DNA of 11,071 nucleotides from Candidatus Hermodarchaeota archaeon (GCA_048886185.1 JBHLKY010000047.1:1-11071); one strand, 5' to 3'; shown: positions 1 through 8,948, numbered from the stretch's first letter. A program made the numbers and translations. Notes: generated by a model not told the origin, from the letters alone.

Positions 1-1
1 T

Positions 2-190
2 TGGCATGATGTGAACACTGACGGCATTATCTCGATGCGGGAAGCATTTAATTACGCGTTAATCATGGATAGCCGAGCTGAACATCCATATTATGATGAT
101 AATGGAGATGGAGTTGGTGTAAATGCCTTTTTACTCTCAACTGTAACTATTGGTCAAGATGGATATAATGGGAATAATATTTTTCTCTAA
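2..190 (+). CDS. 3' end (partial) of a probable C13/caspase-clan (clan CD) peptidase-like protein
   Basis: Manual translation, open to TAA at 188-190: WHDVNTDGIISMREAFNYALIMDSRAEHPYYDDNGDGVGVNAFLLSTVTIGQDGYNGNNIFL*. The DxNxDGxISxxEAFxYA...ExPxYDDNGDG pattern resembles the C-terminal part of archaeal C13/caspase-family domains. The catalytic region lies outside the window. Confidence 0.5.
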   Translation, partial: WHDVNTDGIISMREAFNYALIMDSRAEHPYYDDNGDGVGVNAFLLSTVTIGQDGYNGNNIFL

Positions 191-210
191 TAACATTTAA
201 AGACAATTAT

Positions 211-231
211 TCCTCTTCTCTCTCTTTTTTT
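211..231 (+). terminator. Pyrimidine/T-tract, putative archaeal-type intrinsic terminator
   Basis: tcctcttctctctcttttttt, about 20 nt after the stop of the first CDS, ending in T7. Confidence 0.4.
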
Positions 232-349
232 GATCCTTGGATTCGTTATTGAAGGAATGTTAGAAAAAAAATTCTTTAGAGTATGCATAATTTAAAAAGA
301 GCGAATCCTAGAGGAATTAATGACAAAAATATAATATCCTGATGTAAAT

Positions 350-400
350 GTCGTTAAAGGCTGGTTTAGATAGGAAAAATATATACTTCGGTATATATGA
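350..400 (+). repeat. Dispersed intergenic repeat, copy A (long 51-bp form: core + AAAA + TATATAC-N4-GTATATA)
   Basis: gtcgttaaaggctggtttagataggaaaaatatatacttcggtatatatga; 43/51 identical to 2918-2968 without gaps. Confidence 0.9.
375..398 (+). promoter_or_regulatory. Putative BRE/TATA element embedded in a perfect palindrome
   Basis: A-run followed by TATATA; ATATATAC-TTCG-GTATATAT inverted repeat at 379-398; lies upstream of the methyltransferase. Confidence 0.5.
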
Positions 401-484
401 TATCATATGGTAACATGGGGATTTGCCATAATAATCTAATTAATAAATCTATTATTGCTTTTATTATGGTAGGAGAAATAATGC

Positions 485-1174
485 ATGGATGATAAGATCC
501 ATAAAGAAATGATGTGCTACTATCATGAGAGAGCAGAGGAATACGATGAACTATACAGAGGAATAGTTGGAAGGAAACGTCACATCACCCTTAACCCACA
601 AGTCTATCAACAGGATATAGCTAAAACTTCTGAAATGGTTGCAAAGTTTGGTACTGGACACTTAATTGATATTGGGTGTGGACCTGGTTTTTGGTTTCTA
701 TATTATGCACAAAATTGTAGTAGGATAACATTGCTCGATCAATCGGAAAAAATGCTTCAAGAAAGTTCAAAAAGAGTTAAACAATTAGGATTAGAAGAGT
801 CGGTCACTTTTATTCAAGGAGATTTTTTCAAAATACCTCTAGGACTCTCAGTATTTGATTGTGCTTTAACTGGATTTCTTTTAAGCCATTTTACCGTAAA
901 ACAAGAAGAGGCATTCTTTCTGAAACTCCAGAGAATTCTAAAGCCAAATGGTAAACTGCTATTTATCGATAGTGCTTGGAATAAGGAACGACAAAAGCAT
1001 AGAAAGAAAGAAGGAGTCCAAGAGAGAGTTTTGAATGACGGTCGAGTATTTCAAATATACAAACGATATTTTAACAGATTGGATATTGAGAAAATGTTTC
1101 AGAGATATAACTTCGAAATAAAATTTTATTATATTGGAAAAGCGATGATTTCAATCATTGCAGAATATCTCTAA
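485..1174 (+). CDS. Class I SAM-dependent methyltransferase
   Basis: Motif I LIDIGCGPG, acidic LLDQSEKML, GDFF, FDCALTGFLLSHF, LKPNGKLLFIDS; SD-like AGGAG at 471-475. Confidence 0.9.
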   Translation: MDDKIHKEMMCYYHERAEEYDELYRGIVGRKRHITLNPQVYQQDIAKTSEMVAKFGTGHLIDIGCGPGFWFLYYAQNCSRITLLDQSEKMLQESSKRVKQLGLEESVTFIQGDFFKIPLGLSVFDCALTGFLLSHFTVKQEEAFFLKLQRILKPNGKLLFIDSAWNKERQKHRKKEGVQERVLNDGRVFQIYKRYFNRLDIEKMFQRYNFEIKFYYIGKAMISIIAEYL

Positions 1175-1287
1175 AAAAAAATTGTATAAAAGACGTATGT
1201 TGAGATTCCTTCATACCTGTTACATTATACTTATAGAGGATACCACGAGAAGCAATATTGTTCATAATTCTGGAACAAATCTGATAT

Positions 1288-1310
1288 GTCGTCGATCGCT
1301 GGATTAGCAC
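1288..1310 (+). repeat. Degenerate copy I of the intergenic repeat (between convergent genes)
   Basis: gtcgtcgatcgctggattagcac; 17/23 identical to copy E (ttcgtaaaaggctggattaacac). Confidence 0.55.
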
Positions 1311-1531
1311 CAATAGATTTCTTGTAAAAATCAATATATAATGATTAACCTACTTTACAGTGACGATAGTGAATTTTCGTGAATTTTAAAAACTCTTTTT
1401 TTTTATTGGAGCGTGAAAAGGTTATTTGGTATATCACGAAAGGTTCAATATTCTCAAAACATGGATAACATTACAAGAATAATATTCATTAGTGTTGAGG
1501 TTGATTTAAATGAATATTTTTAATATCATGA

Positions 1532-2794
1532 TCAGTCAATTATAGACTTCAAAGACAAAATAGCTTCTTTCTCATCATTATATATACTAAAAAGCTGTTG
1601 ACTTAATTCCTCAAGTAGGTCTATTGTTTCATTCCTACTGAAAGGCCAGGAATCAATAATTTTCCTCCGAATTGACTTGATGACATCATTTTTCTCCTTT
1701 AATTGATGAATTGCGGATTCCTTGTGGTCTAGAAAAAAAGCATTATACTTCTTTACTGCTTGAGAGGCTTCTTTAAATAATTGGATTGAATCAGGAAGAA
1801 CCGCTTTAGCAAATTCAGCCCATTTATAGCTTAATTTCCTGTACCTTAATGAAACAACCCTCAATTTAGGATTGTTAATGATGACACTTGCTTCATCAAG
1901 GAAATCTGCGTAAGTTGAACGAAGACCACCACCTGATGAGAGAAAGTATTTGACAAGCCCATGTATTCTCATGAAATTGTCATAAAGTTGTCCGTGAGAA
2001 AATTTCAACCATCCTTGTTTATCTTTTAGATTAGCTAATCGCTCTGCCCATAACTGAAAAGCATCTACACGAACACCCCGCATTTTACTATATAATAATT
2101 CACGACAACAATCAGATATTCCCCCGCGTATTGCTTTCTCTAAGTTGCTTACTTTTCCAAGAGATTCAATAATAAAAGCTATGTGTCTCTTAGTGGTACG
2201 AGCTTCAATTAGTTCCTCTAAAGAAATAGAAAAAGGGTAAAGACGTTTATCTCTCAAAAAAATTCGATTTGTTTCTTCATCTATCCCATAAACAACTCCA
2301 CAATAGGTGGGAACAAGGCCGCTACCTAATGATAATGCACTATAAGGTAAAGGATACTTAATTCTCATTTCACCGAGTGAAGGAAAAATAATAATTGGTT
2401 TATCATTCTTCAAAGAATCGGAGAGGATCGTATAAAACTTTTTTTGACTACTGGTCTCATAAACGATTATTTTTAAACCAACCCTTGAGGCAATTCTTGG
2501 AATAAACCAGTCATTTGCAGAACTAACCTTAGATGGTTTATAACTAAGACGGAAGTAAAAACCTGCTTTTCCTTTGGACTTCATGCCATAAGTTAAATAT
2601 TCTGCACCAATTCCTCCTCCTATCCCCATAAGAAGTGTATCCGAAAATGGTTCATCTGTGTCAGGAATGGTAACTCGCTCATACTCAAGGAGATTCCTGA
2701 AGGCTCCAGAATTCTTTTCTGTAAAATTAAAATCTTTATATTCATCAATAAACATGTTACAATTACCAAACTTTGCTTGGTTAATAAATTTCAT
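1532..2794 (-). CDS. BtrH N-terminal / DUF4872-like protein (papain-like C39-related fold); true start may be the ATG at 2755
   Basis: FRNLL...P.T.EPFSDTLLMGIGGGIGAEY and VVYGID match the BtrH_N pattern as I recall it; C-terminal AIRGGISDCCRELL...AFQLWAERL resembles DUF4872. Confidence 0.7.
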   Translation of the reverse strand: MKFINQAKFGNCNMFIDEYKDFNFTEKNSGAFRNLLEYERVTIPDTDEPFSDTLLMGIGGGIGAEYLTYGMKSKGKAGFYFRLSYKPSKVSSANDWFIPRIASRVGLKIIVYETSSQKKFYTILSDSLKNDKPIIIFPSLGEMRIKYPLPYSALSLGSGLVPTYCGVVYGIDEETNRIFLRDKRLYPFSISLEELIEARTTKRHIAFIIESLGKVSNLEKAIRGGISDCCRELLYSKMRGVRVDAFQLWAERLANLKDKQGWLKFSHGQLYDNFMRIHGLVKYFLSSGGGLRSTYADFLDEASVIINNPKLRVVSLRYRKLSYKWAEFAKAVLPDSIQLFKEASQAVKKYNAFFLDHKESAIHQLKEKNDVIKSIRRKIIDSWPFSRNETIDLLEELSQQLFSIYNDEKEAILSLKSIID

Positions 2795-2917
2795 GGTAAC
2801 GAAGGAATTACATAAGGCGTTCTATGATGGCAAAAAATACGCAAACAATCGTTGATAGAATACCAGATAAAAAATAGGGATAAATTTGATTTGAAACTCC
2901 ACTACATCATCAAGTGT

Positions 2918-2968
2918 GTCATAAAAGGCTGGTTTAGATTACAAAAGTATATACTAGGGTATATATGA
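2918..2968 (+). repeat. Dispersed intergenic repeat, copy B (long form)
   Basis: gtcataaaaggctggtttagattacaaaagtatatactagggtatatatga; 43/51 identical to copy A. Confidence 0.9.
2943..2965 (+). promoter_or_regulatory. Putative BRE/TATA box with overlapping palindrome
   Basis: AAAAG-TATATAC-TAGG-GTATATA; the TATATA at 2948 is 39 nt before the ATG at 2987, consistent with an archaeal promoter and a short leader. Confidence 0.55.
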
Positions 2969-2986
2969 ACTGTTTCTGTGAATTAT

Positions 2987-3520
2987 ATGGCTCAACAAAC
3001 AACGCTTCATATGCTGATATGGCAGTTAGAAAGTTGGTTTCAAGAATTAGTACGAACTTTATCCGAAATTTCGGAGGAAGAGGCGAAATGGAAACCTACA
3101 ACACATTCTAAAACAGTAGACGTACTTAACCAGTGGTATGGGAAAAGAAAAGACTGGATTTCGGAACAACTTCTTGACCCCATCTCTACAATCGAATATA
3201 AAGTAGTGCATTTAGCACAATGGAAACAAAGATTTTACGAATATGCGTTCAGGGAGGGCAGCCGGAAATGGATAGACCTCGAATGTCCGGAATGGCCACG
3301 GTGCGTCGATTATTTGAAAAAAACGCAAAAAAGTGTAGTTGAGGGCTTTCAAAATCTGACAGATGAACAATTGGATGACAGGGTTCATACACGTTGGGAG
3401 GAGGACTGGTCAATGAAAAAAATTATCTCCACCTTGATCTATCACGATGCATATCATTTGGGTCAAATTAATACCATAAGAAATCTCTATAATATTTCGA
3501 ATAAAAGAAAAGCTGATTAA
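2987..3520 (+). CDS. DinB family protein (ATG at 2987 preferred over GTG at 2978)
   Basis: TIEYKVVHLAQW and terminal IYHDAYHLGQI supply the His triad typical of the DinB/YfiT metal-binding superfamily. Confidence 0.85.
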   Translation: MAQQTTLHMLIWQLESWFQELVRTLSEISEEEAKWKPTTHSKTVDVLNQWYGKRKDWISEQLLDPISTIEYKVVHLAQWKQRFYEYAFREGSRKWIDLECPEWPRCVDYLKKTQKSVVEGFQNLTDEQLDDRVHTRWEEDWSMKKIISTLIYHDAYHLGQINTIRNLYNISNKRKAD

Positions 3521-3571
3521 AATTGAAAAAATATGTCCTTGTGTATTTCCGTACAGCTCAATAATCGTCTT

Positions 3572-3597
3572 AACTTCGTAAAAGGCTGGATTAATAC
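3572..3597 (+). repeat. Dispersed intergenic repeat, copy C
   Basis: aacttcgtaaaaggctggattaatac; 3575-3594 is identical over 20 nt to 6720-6739, and the first 16 nt are identical to copy H on the opposite strand. Confidence 0.9.
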
Positions 3598-3746
3598 CCA
3601 AAATTGACACTCTAATGAGATTTGGTAAACTGATAAATATTTTGAAAGCTTTTTTATAATCCTCAAAGACTAGTCTTATAATATTAATGGAATTTAAAAA
3701 AATCGAAAATGTTTGTTTTGATAGTATCGGAGGTTAATCATTAATC

Positions 3747-4940
3747 ATGGAGAAAAATGAAAATTCTTCATTTGAGATTTTTCCTTATAGGTGGATTGTG
3801 TTAGTACTTTTTATGTTTGTTGCGATTCTCACCCAAATTATCTGGATAACTTTCGCCCCGATAATGAATGAAGTAGCTAGTTATTATAATGTAAATACTG
3901 ATGCCATTTTGTTACTAGCTGCGAGCTTTATGATTATCTACATCCCAGTGAATTTCCCTGCTTGTTGGTTAATAGAAAAATACGGGTTGAAATGGGGAAC
4001 TGGGATAGGTGTTATACTGACGGGTATTTTTGGCTTTTTAAGAGCATTCACAGGGACTAATTTTCTCTTTCTTTTACTTTGCCAGACTATGGTAGCTATT
4101 GGCCAACCTTTCGTTTTAAATTCATTTACAAAACTTGCTGTCAACTGGTTTCCAGAGGAAGAGAAGGCTACTGCTACTGGCTTAGGAACTATGGCATTAT
4201 TTATCGGGATAATAATTACAATGATTGTTACTTACCCCCTTTATGCAATGAATGGTATAGAATTTGTATTACTCGTCTACGGATTATTAGCTTTGATTTC
4301 AATGATTCTATATCTATTATTTGTTAGAGATAAACCCTCACAACCACCGAATCCCTATTTTCGTGAAAAAACATTTCAAACGAAAGGAATGAAAAATTTG
4401 TTTAGAAGCAGGGATTTCAATTTACTCATCTTTTTATTTTTTGCTGGTTTAGGGATATTCAACGCCTTATTGAGTGCTATAGATGATATTTTTATCCGAT
4501 TCGCTCCTAATACTGGGATAATTGGGGGATTGATCATATTGGGTGGAATTTTTGGCGCAGTTATCCTTTCTTCATTATCAGATAAGTTAGGTAAACGAAA
4601 AATCTTTTTGAATGTTGCTTTAATTGTAAGTACACCTTTAGCACTATTCCTAGGGTTTACTGGTACTGGGGATTTTATATTAACATTAATGTTGTCATTT
4701 ATCTTTGGTTTCATATTGGTACCTGCATTACCTGTTGGACTAACATATGCAGCTGAAATAACCCATCCTATACCAGAAGAAAGCTCCAATGGGGTGTTAA
4801 TGATGTTTGGCCAGTTAGGAGGGATAATATTCCTAATAATGCCAGATATGAATCTTTTTGGAGGGGTCTTTGGAATTGCAGCAATTGTGAGTCTTTTAAT
4901 GAAAGATTCAGATTCTTATAAAGTAAAAAATGACCAATAA
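3747..4940 (+). CDS. MFS transporter, FLVCR/SLC49-like
   Basis: Multiple TM helices; PYRWIVL, QIIWITFAPI, WLIEKYGLK, WFPEEEKATATGLG, SDKLGKRK, AAEITHPIPEESSNG; SD GGAGG at 3729-3733. Confidence 0.88.
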   Translation: MEKNENSSFEIFPYRWIVLVLFMFVAILTQIIWITFAPIMNEVASYYNVNTDAILLLAASFMIIYIPVNFPACWLIEKYGLKWGTGIGVILTGIFGFLRAFTGTNFLFLLLCQTMVAIGQPFVLNSFTKLAVNWFPEEEKATATGLGTMALFIGIIITMIVTYPLYAMNGIEFVLLVYGLLALISMILYLLFVRDKPSQPPNPYFREKTFQTKGMKNLFRSRDFNLLIFLFFAGLGIFNALLSAIDDIFIRFAPNTGIIGGLIILGGIFGAVILSSLSDKLGKRKIFLNVALIVSTPLALFLGFTGTGDFILTLMLSFIFGFILVPALPVGLTYAAEITHPIPEESSNGVLMMFGQLGGIIFLIMPDMNLFGGVFGIAAIVSLLMKDSDSYKVKNDQ

Positions 4941-4984
4941 ATCTATTTCCCCCTTCTTATTTCCAAATATTTTAGATTCACAGT

Positions 4985-5035
4985 GTTGTTAAAAGCCGGT
5001 TAAGATTAGAAAATTATATACCTCTGGATATACAT
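4985..5035 (+). repeat. Dispersed intergenic repeat, copy D (diverged long form)
   Basis: gttgttaaaagccggttaagattagaaaattatatacctctggatatacat; 38/51 identical to copy A without gaps. Confidence 0.8.
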
Positions 5036-5334
5036 TGAAACTTTACATAAATACAAGACCTAGCTCTTATTGGAATTCCCGCTTGAAAACATAAGTTCAG
5101 AACCTGCACCAATTTCTCGCTACATGTACATATTTATCACTAAATCTATGTTTGGTGTTGTTCATTGCTCTCCACTACTCCTCTTGTTAAACATCTATTG
5201 CATTAAAAAATATCTTAATATTTCATGAGCAAAAAGAACGATTTATTGCCAATCGGTGTTCCAGTTAACTTTAATTCATCTAGCGATAAGAAGTATCATT
5301 TTAAGAATCTGAATACAGAAAATGAGGTATGAAC

Positions 5335-6520
5335 ATGAAAAATCAACTAAGTTTCTTCAAATGTCTATTATTTTTTTTTTCTTATCTTTTCATACATGAA
5401 TCAAATAGGTGAGATTTCCTCATCAACAACATTAATTGAATTACAGAATCAGTCACAACAAACATATCACCCTCATCTCATTGGTGAGATACAAATTGGG
5501 ACAACCCATGAAGTTTTTGTTGAAGGTGATTATGCATATGTAACAACAAATAACGCATTAGTAATTATTGACATCAGTGATACTTCCCTCCCTAAAAAAA
5601 TCAGTGAAATCACCATGGAAGGATTTGCTCCAGTAGCTGTTGTAAGAGATGAATTAGCTTATATAGTGAATATGGCATCTCATGAGTTTCTTATCGCAAA
5701 TGTTAGCAGTCCTGAAAACCCTGATATCATTGGTAGATACTTCCCAGATTTAGACTGGGAGAACTTTGTTGACTTAATGATTAAGCTAGCACTAGCAGAT
5801 AATTATCTTTATGTTCTTAGTAATGTCTTAGATCTGATGGTTTTCAATGTTCAAGATCCAACAAATCCCATTCTAATTGGAGAGTATAATACTGGGGATG
5901 GCAATGCTGGATTGGCTATAACAAATAATGTATTATTCTACACAAACAATGAGATTGGTATAAAAGTTCTAAATATTGGAAATCGATCGGCTCCATATCA
6001 AATAGCTTCTTTGAATATGGATCGTGGGGTCTTTGATCTAGACATTCACGGAGATATTTTGTATGTGTCAAACTATTTTTTTGGTGTCATACTCCTAAAT
6101 GTTTCAGATCCATTCAATCCTAGAGTTATTAGTTCTCTTGGTGAAACACCTAATGCGTTTGATCCACCTAGATCAAGAGCAGTATCAGGTGATAAAAACT
6201 TTCTGGCAATTGCAAAAATGGAACGTGGGATCAGCTTTGTAGATGTTTCTAATCCAACTAAACCGCACGAAGTAGCTCTTTATAATGAAACACGACCCAC
6301 AAATTGTTTGTATGATGGCAAATATGTTTATATTACTGATCATGATACTAGCAGAAGCTTTCAGATCGTTGAATTCGTTACAGAGGAATCTTCGAAATAC
6401 ACTCTTTCAACAGTGGAAACTGACACAACATCTGCTACCACTCCAAGCTTGGAAATCTTGGTAGTTGGTCTGGGACTACTTATACTCATCAGATTAGGAT
6501 CTAGAAGAAAATTTGAATAA
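5335..6520 (+). CDS. LVIVD-repeat surface protein with C-terminal TM sorting tail; signal peptide (from ATG 5335) is out of frame at a T10 tract, annotated ORF starts at 5396
   Basis: Repeats such as VFVEGDYAYVTTNNALVIIDISD and LYVSNYFFGVILLNVSDPFNP; S/T-rich linker then TPSLEILVVGLGLLILIRLGSRRKFE; SD TGAGGT at 5323-5328 before ATG 5335. Confidence 0.85.
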
Positions 6521-6533
6521 ATGAGTTCAAAAT

Positions 6534-6552
6534 CCCTTTTTTTATTCTTTTT
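6534..6552 (+). terminator. T-tract, putative terminator of the LVIVD gene
   Basis: ccctttttttattcttttt, about 14 nt after the stop codon. Confidence 0.45.
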
Positions 6553-6719
6553 ATGACATATACATTCCTAATGGTTGGTATTATATGATTCAATATTGTC
6601 GCTAACAGATTTTCTTTTCTATAGCTATAGTTCATCTTCATTTCAATCAGGAGAAAGAGAATGAAGAAATAAGGGGAATTCCTTATTTAAATTTTTTGGT
6701 TCTGTTTGGAAATCCTTAT

Positions 6720-6742
6720 TTCGTAAAAGGCTGGATTAACAC
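6720..6742 (+). repeat. Dispersed intergenic repeat, copy E (between convergent genes)
   Basis: ttcgtaaaaggctggattaacac; 22/23 identical to 3575-3597. Confidence 0.9.
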
Positions 6743-6992
6743 TTATAGTACACTTCTATCAGAAGGGATCTTTAATGTATCCTTGATTATAAAAGCGAAT
6801 TTATGTCCAAAAAAATTAGCTGAGATACCACTGAAGTTTATAATACAGAATGAAATGAAAATTGTTAAAAGAGTCAAAAGGTGATTGTTACCCTTTATAC
6901 AATCTATCTTCAATTTTTCGTCTAAAAGGGAACCAAACTACAATTTATAAACTGAAGCTCTTTCTTTACTCTAAATATAAAGGAGGATGAAG

Positions 6993-8948
6993 TTACCGAT
7001 GTGATATATTAATTATTTTTTTAGCTTTTTCAAGATATTCCTCTATTTGAGCATACGCGAGCCTTTCAATCAGTGGCGCATTTTTCTTAATTAGATTCTC
7101 CCATACACTTAACTGGGTCATTAAGGAATTCTCTTCTCCAGTTACTCTTTTGTGTAGTAATTGAAGTTCATTTTCTTCGGCTGCAATCTTTGCTTGAGCT
7201 AGTAGCTGCCTCGCCAGTGAAAAATTTCCCTCAATCAAAGCTAATTTTGCTTGGAGGATTGTTACATCAATAAGCAAGGGAAAAGTATGTTGCTCCAAGG
7301 CTAATGAAGCAAGATTGGTTATTAACTGCTTGACATCCAAGAAAATTTCATTTTCTTCTGTTATTTCATCTGGGGACGATTTTAGTTCAAAAAGGAGGAG
7401 TTCACAAAGATTTAACATGGCAGTTTTATTTGAATCAGCTAAATAATGAAGTAAGTCATGTTTCACATATGGATCGTCAATTACTTCTTGAAAGAGTTGC
7501 TGAGCTCGGGCTTTATCCTTAATCCTCAGACTAGTTTTCAGTATCAAGGCTTCTGATAGTTTATACCACTGGTTAAGGTATTGTTTGCTTTGTTCTTGCC
7601 TTTCATAATACTGTTTAAACATTTCAAAATATTTCTTCGCTTCCCTAATGTCCTTATTATCGAGCATTACCGCAATTATCTCGTGATACGCTAATCCTTC
7701 AGTTTCTTGACCAAATCGTAATTTTCTTTCTCCTAAGAATTTCAAGCCTCTCTTATAATAGTCTAAAGCAGCATTGATGTCCCCTTTCGATCGATAAACA
7801 CGACCAATATGAAGGAATGTTTGACAAAAATAAAAATCATCACTCAGTCCCTCTAATAAAGGAAGAGCTTTTTGAAAGTGGATAAGTGCTAAATCCAAGT
7901 CTCCTTTAAGGTGATAAAGGTGACCAACATCTAGTAAATTCCATCCATGCACTAGCTTACGACCAACTTCAAACATTGCCATACTTCTTTCATAATACTC
8001 TAAAGCTCTATTCAAGTCTCCTTTTGAATATTGATACACATCTCCCAATAAATGGAGGCATAATTGAAGTCCATCCTTGTGATCCAGTTTTTCATAAATA
8101 GATAAACTCTTATGATAAGCATCAAGGGCGGTAGTGGTTTCGTATCTCGCATTAACATAAAAAAAGCCAATGTTAAATAATAGTTTTGATACACGATCAG
8201 TCTCTGGGAGGTTGTTAGCCAATTGCAGACTTCGCTGGACGTATATTGAAGCATTTTTTGGGTCTCCTTTTCTTTGATAGACATTAGCAAGGTTCAGGAG
8301 AGTTTCAGCTATACTCTCCCTATCTTCAACCTCCTCACTGAGGTTTAAACAATCCTGAAATATTTCTACTTGATGATCATATTTAGCTTCCATTCCAAAA
8401 TTATAGGCCAAATAAACCAATACTTCAACCATCCCCTTTTTATTTTCCAACTTTTTATGAAGCGCTAGGCTTTCTCGAAAGCATTCCTCAGCACGGGCTG
8501 ACTCCCGCAATGATAGGTAAATAATTCCCTTAATTCTTTGAAAAATGATTATCCGTTCTGTTCTTTCCAGTGGTTCTATATTTGAAATGTTCTCGAGAAT
8601 TTGTTCTCCCTCCTTTAGTAGTTGAAGATGCCCAGACAGCCTCTTTATCGAATATGTAGAAAGTATTTCATTGGCCCATCTTAAGGCCTCTAATTTCGTG
8701 ATGATAGCATCAACTAGTAATAACTGGTTTCTTGGCGCCTGATTTCGAACCATAATTAATGCTTTATCTGCAAATTCAAGACCTTTCTCGAAATTTCCTG
8801 TTTTAACTAGCACTTGACTCTTGAGGAACCATAATACCAGACGATCTTCCAAATCAATTTCACTAGTATTCATCAAATTATTAATGATCACTAAGGCTTC
8901 ATTGAACTCATTTCGGTCGATCAGTTGTTGGATTTTTAATTTGTTCAT
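6993..8948 (-). CDS. Tetratricopeptide repeat (TPR) protein
   Basis: Many helical repeats (LGDVYQYSKGDLNRALEYYERSM, IGRVYRSKGDINAALDYYKRGL, LANVYQRKGDPKNASIYVQRSL); 651 aa; no catalytic domain recognised. Confidence 0.88.
   Translation of the reverse strand: MNKLKIQQLIDRNEFNEALVIINNLMNTSEIDLEDRLVLWFLKSQVLVKTGNFEKGLEFADKALIMVRNQAPRNQLLLVDAIITKLEALRWANEILSTYSIKRLSGHLQLLKEGEQILENISNIEPLERTERIIIFQRIKGIIYLSLRESARAEECFRESLALHKKLENKKGMVEVLVYLAYNFGMEAKYDHQVEIFQDCLNLSEEVEDRESIAETLLNLANVYQRKGDPKNASIYVQRSLQLANNLPETDRVSKLLFNIGFFYVNARYETTTALDAYHKSLSIYEKLDHKDGLQLCLHLLGDVYQYSKGDLNRALEYYERSMAMFEVGRKLVHGWNLLDVGHLYHLKGDLDLALIHFQKALPLLEGLSDDFYFCQTFLHIGRVYRSKGDINAALDYYKRGLKFLGERKLRFGQETEGLAYHEIIAVMLDNKDIREAKKYFEMFKQYYERQEQSKQYLNQWYKLSEALILKTSLRIKDKARAQQLFQEVIDDPYVKHDLLHYLADSNKTAMLNLCELLLFELKSSPDEITEENEIFLDVKQLITNLASLALEQHTFPLLIDVTILQAKLALIEGNFSLARQLLAQAKIAAEENELQLLHKRVTGEENSLMTQLSVWENLIKKNAPLIERLAYAQIEEYLEKAKKIINISHR

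Noticed and set aside
407-439. Short uORF MVTWGFAIII and overlapping hairpin tatggtaa...ttgccata (406-430)
   Set aside because: Ten codons, no SD and no counterpart after copies B or D; compatible with chance.
1225-1345. Short minus-strand open frame IDFYKKSIGANPAIDDISDLFQNYEQYCFSWYPL
   Set aside because: No start codon, about 40 codons, and only a vague GNAT-like FYKK resemblance.
1411-1450. cgtgaaaaggttatttgg and tcacgaaaggttc as extra repeat copies
   Set aside because: They need gaps or lack the GGCTGG core; too weak in AT-rich DNA.
2658-2855. 65-aa ORF on +
   Set aside because: Antisense shadow of the BtrH-like gene with no recognisable motif.
3410-3610. 66-aa ORF on - (INPAFYEV)
   Set aside because: Overlaps DinB antisense; the apparent peptide motif is just the translation of repeat copy C.
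3938-4789. ORFs 3938-4144(-), 4079-4327(+) and 4376-4789(-)
   Set aside because: All are nested in the well-supported MFS gene; shadow frames.
5060-5165. Possible frameshifted methyltransferase remnant on - (MNNTKHRFSDKYVHV... / EIGAGS)
   Set aside because: Rests on one 6-residue motif-I-like match across an assumed frameshift; a BLASTX hit would be needed.
6696-6884. 62-aa ORF on + (TTG start; frame open from 6606)
   Set aside because: No ATG or SD, no family resemblance, and it runs through repeat copy E; cannot be supported as a gene.
8012-8290. 92-aa ORF on -
   Set aside because: Alternative frame inside the TPR gene.
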